DNA of 64,000 bases from Camelus ferus (taxonomy: Eukaryota): contig NC_045701.1 in the NCBI RefSeq assembly GCF_009834535.1, positions 69,068,001 through 69,132,000 on the forward strand, given 5' to 3'. The notes under the pieces are model-generated. The model worked only from the letters and a program-made list of their open reading frames with translations. It ran no database searches and was not told where the DNA came from. The position numbers and the translations under genes were made by a program. Shown here piece after piece: positions 1-11,086 of this stretch. How positions within the stretch are numbered: position 1 is the stretch's first letter; every line of letters starts with the position of its first letter.

Positions 1-200
1 TTATGAATGGGATATTTTATGTTCTTTTTCCATGAGATTTTTTTTAACAAAATGAAGTCTTCCAAATCCAATGTATAGCTTACACTCACGGCACACCTCA
101 GTTCAGATGCTAAAATTTCTCTGGCATACCTGATCTGGATTTAGATGTCATCAAATGTCCAGTTCAAAACGTAGATTCACCTACCCAAGTGGTTTCAGGA
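1..200. mobile_element. hAT-Charlie relic (MER33/MER3-like)
   Basis: Motifs tcagatgctaaaattt...gatctggatttagat...gtagattcacctacccaag (by eye). Confidence 0.45.
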
Positions 201-915
201 CCGGGGAGAGAGTTTGAATCAGCCTTGTCTGAGGTTTTGGCCTGAGTGGGATGGGCGATAACGTGAAAACCAAGATTTTACCGCCTGCTTCCTAAGTTAT
301 TGTTTTTAAAATATCCCCTGGGGACTAGTCCATATGGGAATGGAGTTTTCAATTATTTTATTTTTCATAACTTTGTTCCACCATGTAGTAATATGCTTAT
401 TGTGGAAAATTTGAGAGACACTAACAAATAGCAGGAAAGGACCACCCCCAGCCCCGACACGAAAGGCCGAGGCACTTCACTGTGAGCACTCTGGGGGTGT
501 CCTGCTAGCCTTTTTTGTGCATCATGAAAAAAAGAATAACTGTTGTCCTCATTTTCTCTACTCAGCCTTCTGCATTTTTTTCTCTAACATTTTATGATGA
601 AAAGTCTTTTTAAGAACTTTATTGAAGTGGTCAATTATCATATACCAGAAAATTCACTCATTCTACTTGTACAGTTCATGCTTTTTAGTAAATTTACCAG
701 ATTAGACAGTGAGATGATGAGAAATTTTAGTCATACAGGAAAGTTGAAGAACTGTAGTGAGCAGCCATGTGCCCACCATTTAAGTTACACAGTCAATATT
801 TTGTTATATTTGCTTTTTCTTTTTTTTAAACAATTTTATTATGGTATAATTCCTGTACACACATTTTGGATGTTCAATTTGATGAATTTTGATAAGTGTG
901 TACACATATATTTGC

Positions 916-1005
916 TTTTTCTTTAAACTAGAGGTACTGGGGATAGAACCCAGGACCTTGTGCATGCTAAGCATGTACTCTACCACTTGAGCTATACCCT
1001 CCCCC
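916..1005 (-). mobile_element. tRNA-Ala-derived camelid-type SINE (Vic-1-like), copy 1
   Basis: Reverse complement GGGGGAGGGTATAGCTCAAGTGGTAGAGTACATGCTTAGCATGCACAAGGTCCTGGGTTCTATCCCCAGTACCTC, followed by an A-rich tail. Confidence 0.85.
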
Positions 1006-1074
1006 TATGTTTGCCTTTTCATCATCTACTCTCTTTCTGTCCTTTTCATCTATCAGTCCAGTCGGTTTCAATAT

Positions 1075-1990
1075 GGACTTGTTATTGAGGTGAAATTCAC
1101 ATCACACACAGTGGGCGTTCTGGAGCGCACAGTGCACTGTTATTTGGTGTGTTCTCCATGTTGTACAACCACCACCTCTCCTCTAGTTTCAAAAATTTTC
1201 ATCACCCCGTAAACGCATCTAGTACCCATTAAATAATCACTGCCCGTTAACCCCAGTCCTCTTCCCTGGTAACCCAATCTGCTCTGTGGGTTTGCCAATT
1301 CTGGAAGGCAGCTGTGCTCACCACTATACCACCAGCGCCTCCCTGCCAATTCTGGATACGGCATATAAAAAGGAATGAGCAGGCCTTTTGTGCCTGGCTT
1401 TTTTCACTTAGCAGAATGTTTTTGAGGTTCATCCAAGTTGTGGCATTTATCAGTATTTATTCATTTGTTTTCATGACTAAATCACACCGAATTATATGGA
1501 TGTACCACAATTTGTTTGTCCATTCATCTGTTGATGGATGTTTGGGTTGTTTCCACCTTCGGACTATGATGAAGAATGCTGCTATGAACAGTCACGTACC
1601 AGTGTCTGTGCAGACTTAGAATTGGGATTGCTGGGCCATATGGTAACTCTGTTTAACTTTATGAGGAACAGCCAGGCTGTTTCCACAGTGGCTGCACTGT
1701 TTTACATTCCCACCAGCAGAGCTTGCGGGTTCCAGTTTGTTTGCACCCTCGCCAACAGTTGTTACTTGCCTTTTGCGTTAGAGCCTTCCGTTTACATGTG
1801 AAGTGGTGTCTCCTTGTGGCTCTGATTTGCATTTCCTTCACAACTGATGCTACTGAACATCCTTTCATGTGCTTGTCGGCCATTTATTTATCTTCTTTGG
1901 AGAAGGGTCTGTTCAAGGTCATTGCCCATTTTTTAACGGGATTATTTGTCTTTTCATCAATCTCGTTGAAAAAATTTGTGTATCATTTTT
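1075..1990 (-). mobile_element. Old L1 3' fragment
   Basis: Typical antisense L1 3'UTR/ORF2-end text (ttcatccaagttgtggcat, gctgctatgaaca, gtggctgcactgttttacattcccaccagca, ctgatttgcatttcc). Confidence 0.75.
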
Positions 1991-2275
1991 GTTTGTTTTA
2001 TATAGTTGGGATCAAACATAGATGCTAATTTTATATCTGGCTTTTCTTTTCAGCTAAACATGTAGTATTAGTATTTTCTATGTGATTAAAGACGCTTTTG
2101 AAACCTGGGAAGGGTGTTTACGAAAATACAAATCTGCTTCTTGTCACTTCTGCTGTCCTGGGTTTTCCAGGTCCTGTCTGAGCAGTGGGGTGGGAGCAAA
2201 CATTGGTGGGGGTGGCCGCTGTCTGGGCCCATCTCTCTTCCTTCCCTCTGCTCTGACTGCCTCGGCTCCCTGCAG

Positions 2276-2356
2276 AAGTCCCCAGCACACAGGATGTGCG
2301 CACCAGCCCCAGGAACCCCTGGATGCCTTTGGGCCCTCGGAAGACCCCTGCCTCAG
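2276..2356 (+). CDS. PAPLN: Papilin coding exon (~exon 15), (E)VPSTQDVRTSPRNPWMPLGPRKTPAS(D)
   Basis: ctccctgcag acceptor, G|gtgaga donor, 81 nt, phase 1-1. Peptide resembles human papilin EVPSMQDVHTPASNPWMPLGPQESPASD (recalled). Confidence 0.9.
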
Positions 2357-2522
2357 GTGAGAAGCTCAGGGGAAGCCCCCAACCTCAGGCCCTGGAGATG
2401 GAGGTGGAGAGTGGGGGCAAGTAGTTTTGGGGGATGGAGATAGGTAGGTGATGTAGACACAGGTGGAGGGTGACGAGCCAGGCAGATACATCATATGTCT
2501 TTTGTTCCCTTCTTCTTTCTAG

Positions 2523-2778
2523 ATTCCAGAGACCAGTGGTGGGCACCCCAGGAGCAACCCTCAATTCAGGGTAACCCCAGAGGAGACCAGAGCCCCCATC
2601 TGCCAGCCCTGGGCCCAGCCCTGTCTCCGCAGCAGTCCTCACACCAGCAGACCCTGCGGTCTGGCTCAGGGCCCCGTGACTGCAGACACAGCCCCTATGG
2701 GTGCTGCCCTGATGGCCACACTGCATCTCTTGGGCCACAGTGGCAAGGCTGCCTGGGGGCCTCATGTCAGCAGAGCAG
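2523..2778 (+). CDS. PAPLN: Papilin coding exon (~16), RGD-containing linker plus GCCPDG Cys-rich repeat
   Basis: ttctttctag acceptor, AG|gtgggt donor, 256 nt. Encodes DSRDQWW...CRHSPYGCCPDGHTASLGPQWQGC...CQQSR. Confidence 0.95.
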
Positions 2779-3104
2779 GTGGGTGCCTCTTCCTCCTCAC
2801 CAGGTCAAAATGGGAGGTGTGTCTTGGTTGTGGGGTGTATGATGGGGTGGGCAGTGTTTCTGCTCAGAAAGGGGTGGGGTGGGTTAGCAGAGCTCAGGAA
2901 CGGGCCTCTGAGCTGCTCTGATCGTGCCATTTGAGGACTTGGCTTCCTCTTGCTGAGCTCCCTAATGTGCTAAGCAGGGGGTGTGAAAACCCTTGCCGTC
3001 TCTAAAGAAGTCAGACTGTTGAGATGTAGCCTAAAGTGCTGGGAAGACAAATGGAGTATGATTCTAGCTCTCAGATCCAAACCAGGCTCCCACTCCCTCA
3101 GGGG

Positions 3105-3300
3105 CTGGGTGCTAAGGGCCTAGACTTCTGGGCCAGCAGCCTGGGGGTGATTCCCAGCTCAGCCACTTACCAGCTATGTGCTGGGTGACTTGGAGAAACT
3201 TACTTAACCTCTCTGATCTTGGCTTTCTCTGCTGAGAATTGGGAACAGTGACAGCCACTGGCTGGGGTTACTGTCAAGATGAAACAAATCACATGTGCCT
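3105..3300 (+). mobile_element. MIR relic
   Basis: cccagctcagccacttaccagctatgtg...ttacttaacctctctg MIR core. Confidence 0.6.
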
Positions 3301-3794
3301 GGCACACAGACAGCACTTTGATGCGTTCCTTCTTTCACCTTCCTTCCTGACTCCTGTTGGTGGAGGTGAGATAAGTGGTGGGCTCTTCTGACACCCTTTT
3401 CTGCCCCATCTCCTATCTGCTGCTATTTTGTAAAAACTCCCTGGGAACCTGGCATTTGGGCAGGCTCCGGTGAACATCCCCCTCCTCTGTTTTACCGTGG
3501 GACTTTTGAGTTGAGAATCTGTCATTTACTGGGAGTTCAGCTCTGCTTATTGAGTTACTGCTGCCCTTTCTGGTAGCCCCTAGGTGGTCAGTGGACATGA
3601 CAGAGACTGGGGTAAGCAAAATGCTTCACCTTGCATACAGGGACAGAATATCCCCACTCAGGTCTTCGCCAGATGAGCTCCCAGCTCAGGGAGGCTCAGG
3701 GCCTGGAATCCTGGGATGCTGGAAGCTCAGGGACCCTGGTAGGGTAGGGTTCAGGCCTGGGTGGTGAGGGGAAGGCTGTGTGATGTCTGTCTAG

Positions 3795-3915
3795 GTTTGG
3801 GTGCTGCTCTGACGGCGTGTCTGTGGCTGAGGGGCCCCATCAAGCTGGCTGTGCAAGGTCTTATGGAGGTGACAACACCGGGAGCAGGCCAGGGTCGAGA
3901 GCGGTGGCTTCCATA
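3795..3915 (+). CDS. PAPLN: Papilin coding exon (~17), FGCCSDGVSVAEGPHQAGCARSYGGDNTGSRPGSRAVASI
   Basis: gtctgtctag acceptor, ATA|gtaagt donor, 121 nt. Frame continuous with neighbours (my translation; not in the ORF track). Confidence 0.92.
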
Positions 3916-4251
3916 GTAAGTGTCTGGTCATGTGAGGGGCGGAAGTCCAGCCCTCAAGCCTGCTCAGTGCCACTGTGACCCAGGTTCTTTGCAGCTTTGG
4001 CCTTGGAGAAAGGAGGGCTCTGGAGCCTGCTGGCCTGGGCCACCCTCTCCAGGGCACAGGGCTTCAGTGACAGGCCTGGGCTGGGGTTGGGGGGTTCATC
4101 TGACGTTCTCCTGACCTCTCATCTCCTCCCAGAACTGGGGTTATGCACCATGGGTTCACAGTTCTGTCCCTCTCTCTTCCTGCCATTCTGCTCCTCAGCA
4201 ACCTATAGCCAGATCTGTTTCCAACTTCCCAACCCTGGGCTTCCTCCCCAG

Positions 4252-4375
4252 GCTCCCCAGGCCCAGCAGAATGAGCCCAGTGAATGCCGGGGCTCCCGGT
4301 TCGGCTGTTGCTATGACAACGTGGCCTCTGCGGCCGGCCCTCTTGGGGAAGGCTGTGTGGGCCAGCCCAGCTATG
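4252..4375 (+). CDS. PAPLN: Papilin coding exon (~18), APQAQQNEPSECRGSRFGCCYDNVASAAGPLGEGCVGQPSY
   Basis: cttcctccccag acceptor (alternative in-frame AGs at 4260, 4266 and 4269), G|gtgagt donor. Confidence 0.88.
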
Positions 4376-5363
4376 GTGAGTGGGTGCCCCTGCTCGTCCT
4401 TCCTGGTGGGTTGGCGCTTGTTCCACTGTGTCCCCCACCCCACTCCACCCAGAGCCAAAGACAATACCAGCTCAGTTATTTGTTCGTTTCTTCCACAAAT
4501 ACTTACTGATCACCTACTAGGTGCCAGGCCAGAGAATGGTGTCAGATGGTTCTCGTGTCCAACAGTTTGTAGTTAGGCTGCCTGGCTGCTTATGGGAGCT
4601 GGGGAGACTTGTCAGAGAGGAGTCTATGGAGAAGGAAGGCCTGTGCTGCCCTTGGGCTCAGCCCCCTCCAGAGGCAGGGCGGTCAGTGTCCCCACCCTGC
4701 CTGGGATGAGTCCTGGAGGGAGGACTTTGAGGTCAAAGCACAGGGTGCACAGGAGGAGCTGCCAGGGAGCATCATGGGGACGTTGAAAGCCAGACAGGCT
4801 AGTGGTCAGAGTCTGCAGAAGGCTGGGCACCTGGATAGGCTTTAAGCAGGAGCCAGCTGTGGTCACATCTGAATGCAGAGAGGCGGGGCTGTTATTACAG
4901 GCAGGCTGGGGGCTGGAGGAGGTTCAGAGGCTGGTGAAGGGCCCTGGGAACAAGGGCAGGCCCCTCGCTGGGCATCTTCAAAGGCCTCTGGGGGCTCAGG
5001 GCTGAGTCCTTATTGTCAGCTAAGCTCGCAAGATTTAGCCCTCAAGTTGCTCTGTGGGGGCGCTAGGGGGCTGGGGAGGGGCACGAGGGAGCCCGTTCAG
5101 GGGAGCTCATGGCCCTGACCTTCTGGAGGGCTCTTGCTCTGGGGGCGCAGGTGGACAGGACTGATTCTGGAGGCTGCTAGAGTCCCAGCCCAAGGCTGGT
5201 CAGGGGCCAGGTGGGGGTGTAGACATGCTCTTTAAACTGGGAAGGGCCTCTCTCCTAAGTCTGGGGCCGAGGGGATGGAGGGCGCTCTCCGGCAGGGCTC
5301 TGCTGGGCAGCATTTGCAGCTTCGTTCCTGGGCCTGATGACCTGCGCCCTCCCCGCCCCTCAG

Positions 5364-5841
5364 CATACCCCGTGCGGTGCCTGCTGCCCAGTGCCCACGG
5401 CTCCTGCACCGACTGGGCTGCCCGCTGGTACTTCATTGCCTCCGTGGGCCAGTGTAACCGCTTCTGGTACGGCGGCTGCCACGGCAACGCCAATAACTTT
5501 GCCTCGGAGGAGGAGTGTGTGAACAGCTGTCGGGGGGGCCAACACGGGCCCCACCGACCTGAGCCCGGGACCTCTGGCCAGAGCACACACACAGATGGTG
5601 ACGGCAGTGGTCCTAGGGGCCAGCAGGAGGCCAGCCGACATGGGACGGGGCCCATGGTCCAGAGAAAGCCCTTGCCTTCTGGTGGCCTCTGGTGGCACGA
5701 CCAAGAGCCTGGGCCAGGGGCAGTGGACCGCAGACAGGCTTTTGGAGAACAGCCCCGGGGCCAGGAGCTTGGGCCCAGTGCCCCTGGACTGAGCAGAGAC
5801 GCAGGCCTACCGGCACCATCCTCCCACAGCTCCTCCTACAG
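5364..5841 (+). CDS. PAPLN: Papilin coding exon (~19): Kunitz/BPTI domain (5378-5530) plus linker
   Basis: cccctcag acceptor, AG|gtgagg donor, 478 nt. Six-Cys Kunitz pattern C..GSC..WYF..C..FWYGGCHGNANNF.SEEEC...C. Confidence 0.97.
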
Positions 5842-6621
5842 GTGAGGCCCCTCCTCCCCAGATGGGGGGAGGGACAGGGACCCGGGCCAGGGGCTGAGCC
5901 TGTTGGAGCCAAAACCCTGAGGTCAGCTGGCTCTTCGTCTCCATCCCTAACCTGTAATGTTCCAAACAGCCCAGCCTGGAGGGCCTTGTTACCACCATTC
6001 TACAGATGGGGAAGCTCAGGCTTCAGAGACCTGAGACTTGCCCAGGGTCAGGCAGTCGGTGGATGGTGACGCCTGGATCTCCATCAGATCTTGCCGGTAT
6101 AGCCCAGGGTCTGTCTAGTTGGAAAAGCTCACAGGCTTCATGACCTTAGGCAAATCATCCAACTTCTCGAAGCCTCCATTTCTTGACCTGTAAAATGGTG
6201 ATATAATCTCTTAAGTTTAGTGTGGATCCCATTTGTTGTTACTCTTGTGACTGTATCATATTAATTAGAGATTTGGGAAGATTAAAAACAAAATTAATAA
6301 AACAAAATTGAGTTCTAAAGGTATGTGTTGAGTCCCCCACCTGAATCTGGTGTTGCTTCTCTCCCAGCCTCTCCATCCCCAGGGGTCTGTGCCTACTCTG
6401 TGCTGTTGCAGGAGCAGGCGGAGGTAGCAAAGCCTGGGGGCATGTAGGGAGTTGGGGAGGGTGGATTCCCAAGACCACGGGCTTCTGGAGCTTGGCCTCC
6501 CATAAGGCCCTCTGGCCTGCAGGTGCCCGTGACAGGATGGGCACCAAGCTTAGTGTGGGACACGCTGATGAAGGGGTAGTCCCTGGTCCTGGCACTCAGA
6601 CCCTTCCTCCCACCTTCCCAG

Positions 6622-6759
6622 GATTACCCTATTGGGCTTGGAGCCCTCCCTGGTGCAGGCAGCCCTAGGGCAGTTGGTGCGGCTCTTCTGCCCAGATGAC
6701 ACCTCCTTGGACCCTCATGCCGGGTGGCAGAAGGATGGACAGCCCATCTCCTCTGACAG
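6622..6759 (+). CDS. PAPLN: Papilin coding exon (~20), first half of Ig-like domain 1
   Basis: ccttcccag acceptor, AG|gtgtgt donor, 138 nt. ITLLGLEPSLVQAALGQLVRLFCPDDTSLDPHAGWQKDGQPISSDR. Confidence 0.93.
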
Positions 6760-6905
6760 GTGTGTGCAGTGTGCTCCCCCAGCGCAGCGCCTCTGACCTC
6801 CCTGGGATGGGAGGGTGAGTGTGTGGCAATGGTCCCCTCCAGTAGAAACTCAGAGCACTGTTGCCCTTAGGAACCCAGAGCTCAAGCCCTCCTTTCTTCA
6901 TTTAG

Positions 6906-7030
6906 GCACAAGCTGCAGCCTGATGGCTCCCTGGTCATCAGTCCCCTGCGGGCAGAGGATGCTGGCACCTACAGCTGTGGCAGCACCAGGCCAGACCACG
7001 ACTCTCAGAAGATCCAGCTTCGAATCACAG
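6906..7030 (+). CDS. PAPLN: Papilin coding exon (~21), second half of Ig-like domain 1
   Basis: ttcatttag acceptor, weak G|gtctct donor, 125 nt. HKLQPDGSLVISPLRAEDAGTYSCGSTRPDHDSQKIQLRIT contains the Ig D-x-G-x-Y-x-C motif. Confidence 0.92.
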
Positions 7031-7320
7031 GTCTCTGTCCCCACCCCGCCCCACCCCAGTGGGTTCTTGTGGGCCGCAGGGTAGGAGGGCTTACCGGGAG
7101 GGCCTGGGCCAGTGTGCCCCCACACTGGAGGGCTAGGGTGCTTCCTTGGGCCAAAGCATCCTGATGGCAGGGACCACATGCTCCAGTTAGGCTGGGGCAG
7201 AGGTCTTGCCTCTTGTGGCCCTCATTTCTCCATATGTCCCCTGCTGGCCTCACGGCCCAGCCTTCCTTGTGTCCCCTTCTCCCCACAGCTCACCCCTTGC
7301 TTCTCCTGGTCTCATGACAG

Positions 7321-7474
7321 GGGGTGATGTGGCCGTGCTATCTGAGGCTGAGGCAAGGCCCTTCCCTCAGACCAGGGACCCAGCCCAGGGCTACAGTCCT
7401 CGGGACCCCAGCAGAGGTGGGGATACTGGGGGCCTTGGGGCCACCTCCTCCTCGCACCCATGGCCCACGACCAG
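7321..7474 (+). CDS. PAPLN: Papilin coding exon (~22), Ig1-Ig2 linker GGDVAVLSEAE...SHPWPTTR
   Basis: catgacag acceptor, AG|gtaaca donor, 154 nt, phase 1-2. Confidence 0.9.
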
Positions 7475-7677
7475 GTAACAGTGTGCAATGCTGTCCTGCC
7501 CTCGGCCTCCCCAGCTGAGGGCCAGGGTTGGGGGAGGTCTCAGTGGGTGAAAGGAGGGGAAATTGGATGGTCCCCAGGCCAGTGTGTGCTGTGACCAGGC
7601 TCTCTGGCCCCTGCTCAGGGCCCTGTGACATGAGGACTAGGAAAACAAGGACCCCCTCATGGCTGCTTGTTCTGCAG

Positions 7678-7815
7678 GCTGCGTCTGGACCAGAGCCAGC
7701 CTAGGGTGGTGGTCGCCCATCCAGGCCAGAGGATCCGGCTGACCTGTCGCGCTGAGGGCTTCCCACCCCCAGCCATTGAGTGGCAGAGAGACAGGCAGCC
7801 ACTCTCTTCTCCCAG
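7678..7815 (+). CDS. PAPLN: Papilin coding exon (~23), first half of Ig-like domain 2
   Basis: ttctgcag acceptor, AG|gttggt donor, 138 nt. LRLDQSQPRVVVAHPGQRIRLTCRAEGFPPPAIEWQRD. Confidence 0.95.
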
Positions 7816-8524
7816 GTTGGTTCAGCTCCTCTCCCCTCCCTCCTGTCCTGCCTCCAGCCCCCACCCACCTGTGCAGCCCACTGGGGCAGGGAGCTGCGGG
7901 CGTCACCTCTGGCCAGTGCTGAGCATGACTCCAGGGCCTCTCGAGAGCTGGGGCTGCTGGGCGTAGGGCTCCTTGGGCAGACCGTATTTGGGTGTCTGGG
8001 CCTTTCCAGAGTGTGGGTAATGGACAGCGGTAGGAGACAAGCTAGCAGAGGTGATGGCTGAGGGAAGAAATGGAGGTGGACACACTTCTGGCTGTAATCA
8101 TCAAAGCTAACATTTATTGAGCCCATGCTGAGGGTCAGGCTTGCTCTCCTCTGTCCGATCTGCAGACGAGCCACGTTGCTGTTTTATTCCCATTTGACAC
8201 ACAGTTCAACACCACACAGCTCCTAAGCGGCAGAACCAGGATTTGAGCCTACTAACACTTATAGCAAAAACCCCAGACCAGAATTATTTTGTATCAGAAA
8301 ATTCGAAATGATTTGTTCATTGCCCGGCTTAAAATCAGGCATCTTTAAGTAAACGAGAGTGCCAGCGGCTGGGGGACCTTCAGGCCTAAGGCTGACTGGC
8401 CCTTGGTCAGACCCCACCGGCCAGCAGGGTCCTCTCACCAAGGAGGGGAAGACCTTGCCCCCTCCCCCACCGCCCCTTGCTGGGTATCTGGGGATGGTGC
8501 CACCTGACTGTGCTTGGCTCCTAG

Positions 8525-8652
8525 ACACCAGCTGCAGCCTGATGGCTCTCTGGTCATCAGCCGCGTGGCTGTGGAAGATGGCGGCTTCTACACTTGTGTT
8601 GCTTTCAACGGGCAGGACCGAGATGAGCATTGGGTCCAGCTCAGGGTTCTGG
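8525..8652 (+). CDS. PAPLN: Papilin coding exon (~24), second half of Ig-like domain 2
   Basis: ctcctag acceptor, G|gtaagg donor, 128 nt. HQLQPDGSLVISRVAVEDGGFYTCVAFNGQDRDEHWVQLRVL. Confidence 0.95.
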
Positions 8653-8733
8653 GTAAGGTGTCAGTCCCGAGTGGAAGGGTCAGGTGGGGCAGGATTGGTG
8701 TAGTGGCTGACCGTGCCTCCTCCTTGGGCGCAG

Positions 8734-8842
8734 GGGAGCTGACAATCACAGGGCTGCCCTCTACTATGACGGTGCCAGAAGGTGACACGGCCAGGCTGCT
8801 GTGTGTGGTCACAGGAGAAAGTGTGAACATCAGATGGTCCAG
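8734..8842 (+). CDS. PAPLN: Papilin coding exon (~25), first half of Ig-like domain 3
   Basis: ggcgcag acceptor, AG|gtgagg donor, 109 nt. ELTITGLPSTMTVPEGDTARLLCVVTGESVNIRWSR. Confidence 0.95.
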
Positions 8843-9068
8843 GTGAGGCTCTGTTCTAGGCGGCCCTGGCTCGCAGACCCTCACACCTGAGGTTGTACAG
8901 CCCGAATAGAGGTGGTCCACCTTTCTGCAGGATGCTGCTGTCACCACCGCACCCCCCCATCCTTCTACTCCTACCTCCAGGCCTGGTTCTGTGGAGGGTG
9001 GCAGCACCCTCATCCCTGCACAGTGAGGCCCCAGAGGACTGCTCTCTTTTCTGTTGGTTGGGCTACAC

Positions 9069-9264
9069 CAGGGTTTCCCTCCCTCGGCGCTACTGATGTT
9101 TGGGTTGTTGAGGTGCATTACAGAATGTGTAGCAGCATCCAGGCCATCTACCCACCAGGTGCCAGTAGCACCCCCTTCCAAGTCATAGCAATTAAAAAAT
9201 GTCTTCAGATGTTGCCAAATGTCCCCTGGGTGACAAAAATCTCTGCTGGGTTTGAGAACCACTG
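9069..9264. mobile_element. MER20-like hAT DNA transposon relic
   Basis: aatgtcttcagatgttgccaaatgtcccctggg...ttgagaaccactg terminus. Confidence 0.65.
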
Positions 9265-11086
9265 GGCAACACTCAGCTTTGGGGACTTTGGTGGTCTTTT
9301 ACCCCAAACCTGCTGGTCTTTTATTTATGCAGCAAACGTTTTTTCGTCCCCTTCCTCCTTGCAACGTGTCAGGATTAGGCTAGGCTCTGGGGTCCTGGGG
9401 TGATCTGAGCCTCCCAGAATCCCCCAGGCAGGAGATGGCCCAGTGTCTGTCTAGGCTCCAGAGGTCTGCCCTTAGGGCGTCTGTGTACAGAGAGGTGAGG
9501 CTGCTCCTGTCTGGGAGAATCAATGAAGGGGCGGCCTTGAAGCTGAGGAGGGGAAGGAGGTCCTTGGTCAAGCCTCAAGGGTGAGTGCTGGAGAGATATG
9601 CTCAGGATGGAGACTGGCCTGCCTGCTGGAAAGAGCGGTGATGGGGTGGCAGGGTCGGCTGCCTCTGTGTGGGGCCTCCCTGGGCTCCTCAGCGGGTGTC
9701 CCAGCCCACCCACCCTGATCAGGCCATGGCTCTGACTGTCCTATCAGGCCTGCCTCTTCCAAGCAGTAAAGGCTCAGGATACCGCTCTTCCAAACAAAAC
9801 AAACATGAAAACACCCTCCTCTGACCTGGTCTTTCTCTGCAGAGCCGGGCCGTGTACTGCGTGTCCCCTTCACAGCATGGTTGTTCATATTGGTTGTTTC
9901 CACCTGCTCACCTTCCTACTAGAGGCTTAGCCCTTGGCCTGGGGCCTCACATCCACCCCCGCCCCAGGGACACCATGCTGGCCAGGGCCACCAACTAGCT
10001 CCCTGTTCCTGAGTCCTTGGACACACTCATCCCACACGACCTGCAGTCTCCTTCCTGCTTCTCTGGCTGCTGCTTCTGTTTTCCTGGCCAGCTCATCTCG
10101 TCCCGTCCCTGAGAGGCTGGTATACCTCAAGGCCTGTCCTTGGTCCTCAGTGTGCCTCTAACTTCACCTTGGGCAGCCTAGTAGACATGCAGTTTCCAGG
10201 ACCATCAGTGCTGAGACACTGCCTGGGTCCACACCTCAAATCTGACACCTCTTGGTATCTCACAGGTACCCAAAATGCAAAGTGGTAGAAAATAACCTCC
10301 CCATTCACCCCTCATCCCTGCCCTGGATTTCCCTAGTGTGGGGGCACCACCATTGCCCAGTGACCCAGGCTAGAAACCCGTTCCCCGTGATTTCTTCTCC
10401 CCCACCTCCCACCTCTGACCCTCCCCTGAGTCCCTTTATTTTACTGCTGTTACCCACCTGGGTGCACTTCTGCAGCAGCCACTCACCTGGTCTCCGCTTT
10501 CAGACTTGTCCCCCTCCCTGCACTGCAGTCAATGATCCTTTTGAAGTGCAAATACCATGGTCAGTCCTGCTTAGCTCGAACCCCTCTGTTAACCCAGGAT
10601 CCAGCCCACTGTCCTTGCTCGGGCTGTGGCCTTCCTTCAAGTGCCTGAGCCCCGCTGTCCTCCCCATCACCCAGCTGACCCTCAGGTCAGGCCTTGGCCA
10701 GCTGTCAACCTCCCCACACCTCCCTGGAGGCAGGGGGCGCTCACGTCCTTCATTCAGCGCAGGGCCTGGCGCTTCACCACTGCATAAAAGGCCTTTGTGG
10801 ATGAAGAGTGAGAGTGGGACTCCTGTGTGGACAAGGGGCAAAGTTACAGTCACTGAGATCAGTTGGTGTGAGTTCACCTCACTTCTGAATCATTTTGCTT
10901 TGATGATGTTCTATCATTTTGGTACCCAGACCCATCTCTTCCTTAAGGTGAGGGGCCACGAAGGGGAGTTGTTGGCTCTGGAATGGTCTTGGATTACCTT
11001 CTCCTGGCTCTGGGAGGGCCGGCATGGCCTCCCAGGGCCTGAAGATGAGACCCTGGACAGCTCTCCTAGCGCTCTCTCTGCTCCAG

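Noticed and set aside
5047-5066. CTCF-like GGGGGCGCTA
   Set aside because: The 3' half matches, but the CCASYAG half is absent.
5200-5912. Several overlapping alternative-frame and antisense ORFs around the Kunitz exon
   Set aside because: Shadow ORFs of a GC-rich coding exon.
8588-9262. 224-aa antisense ORF
   Set aside because: Runs through a MER20 relic and antisense to two PAPLN exons; consistent with a chance stop-free frame in GC-rich DNA.
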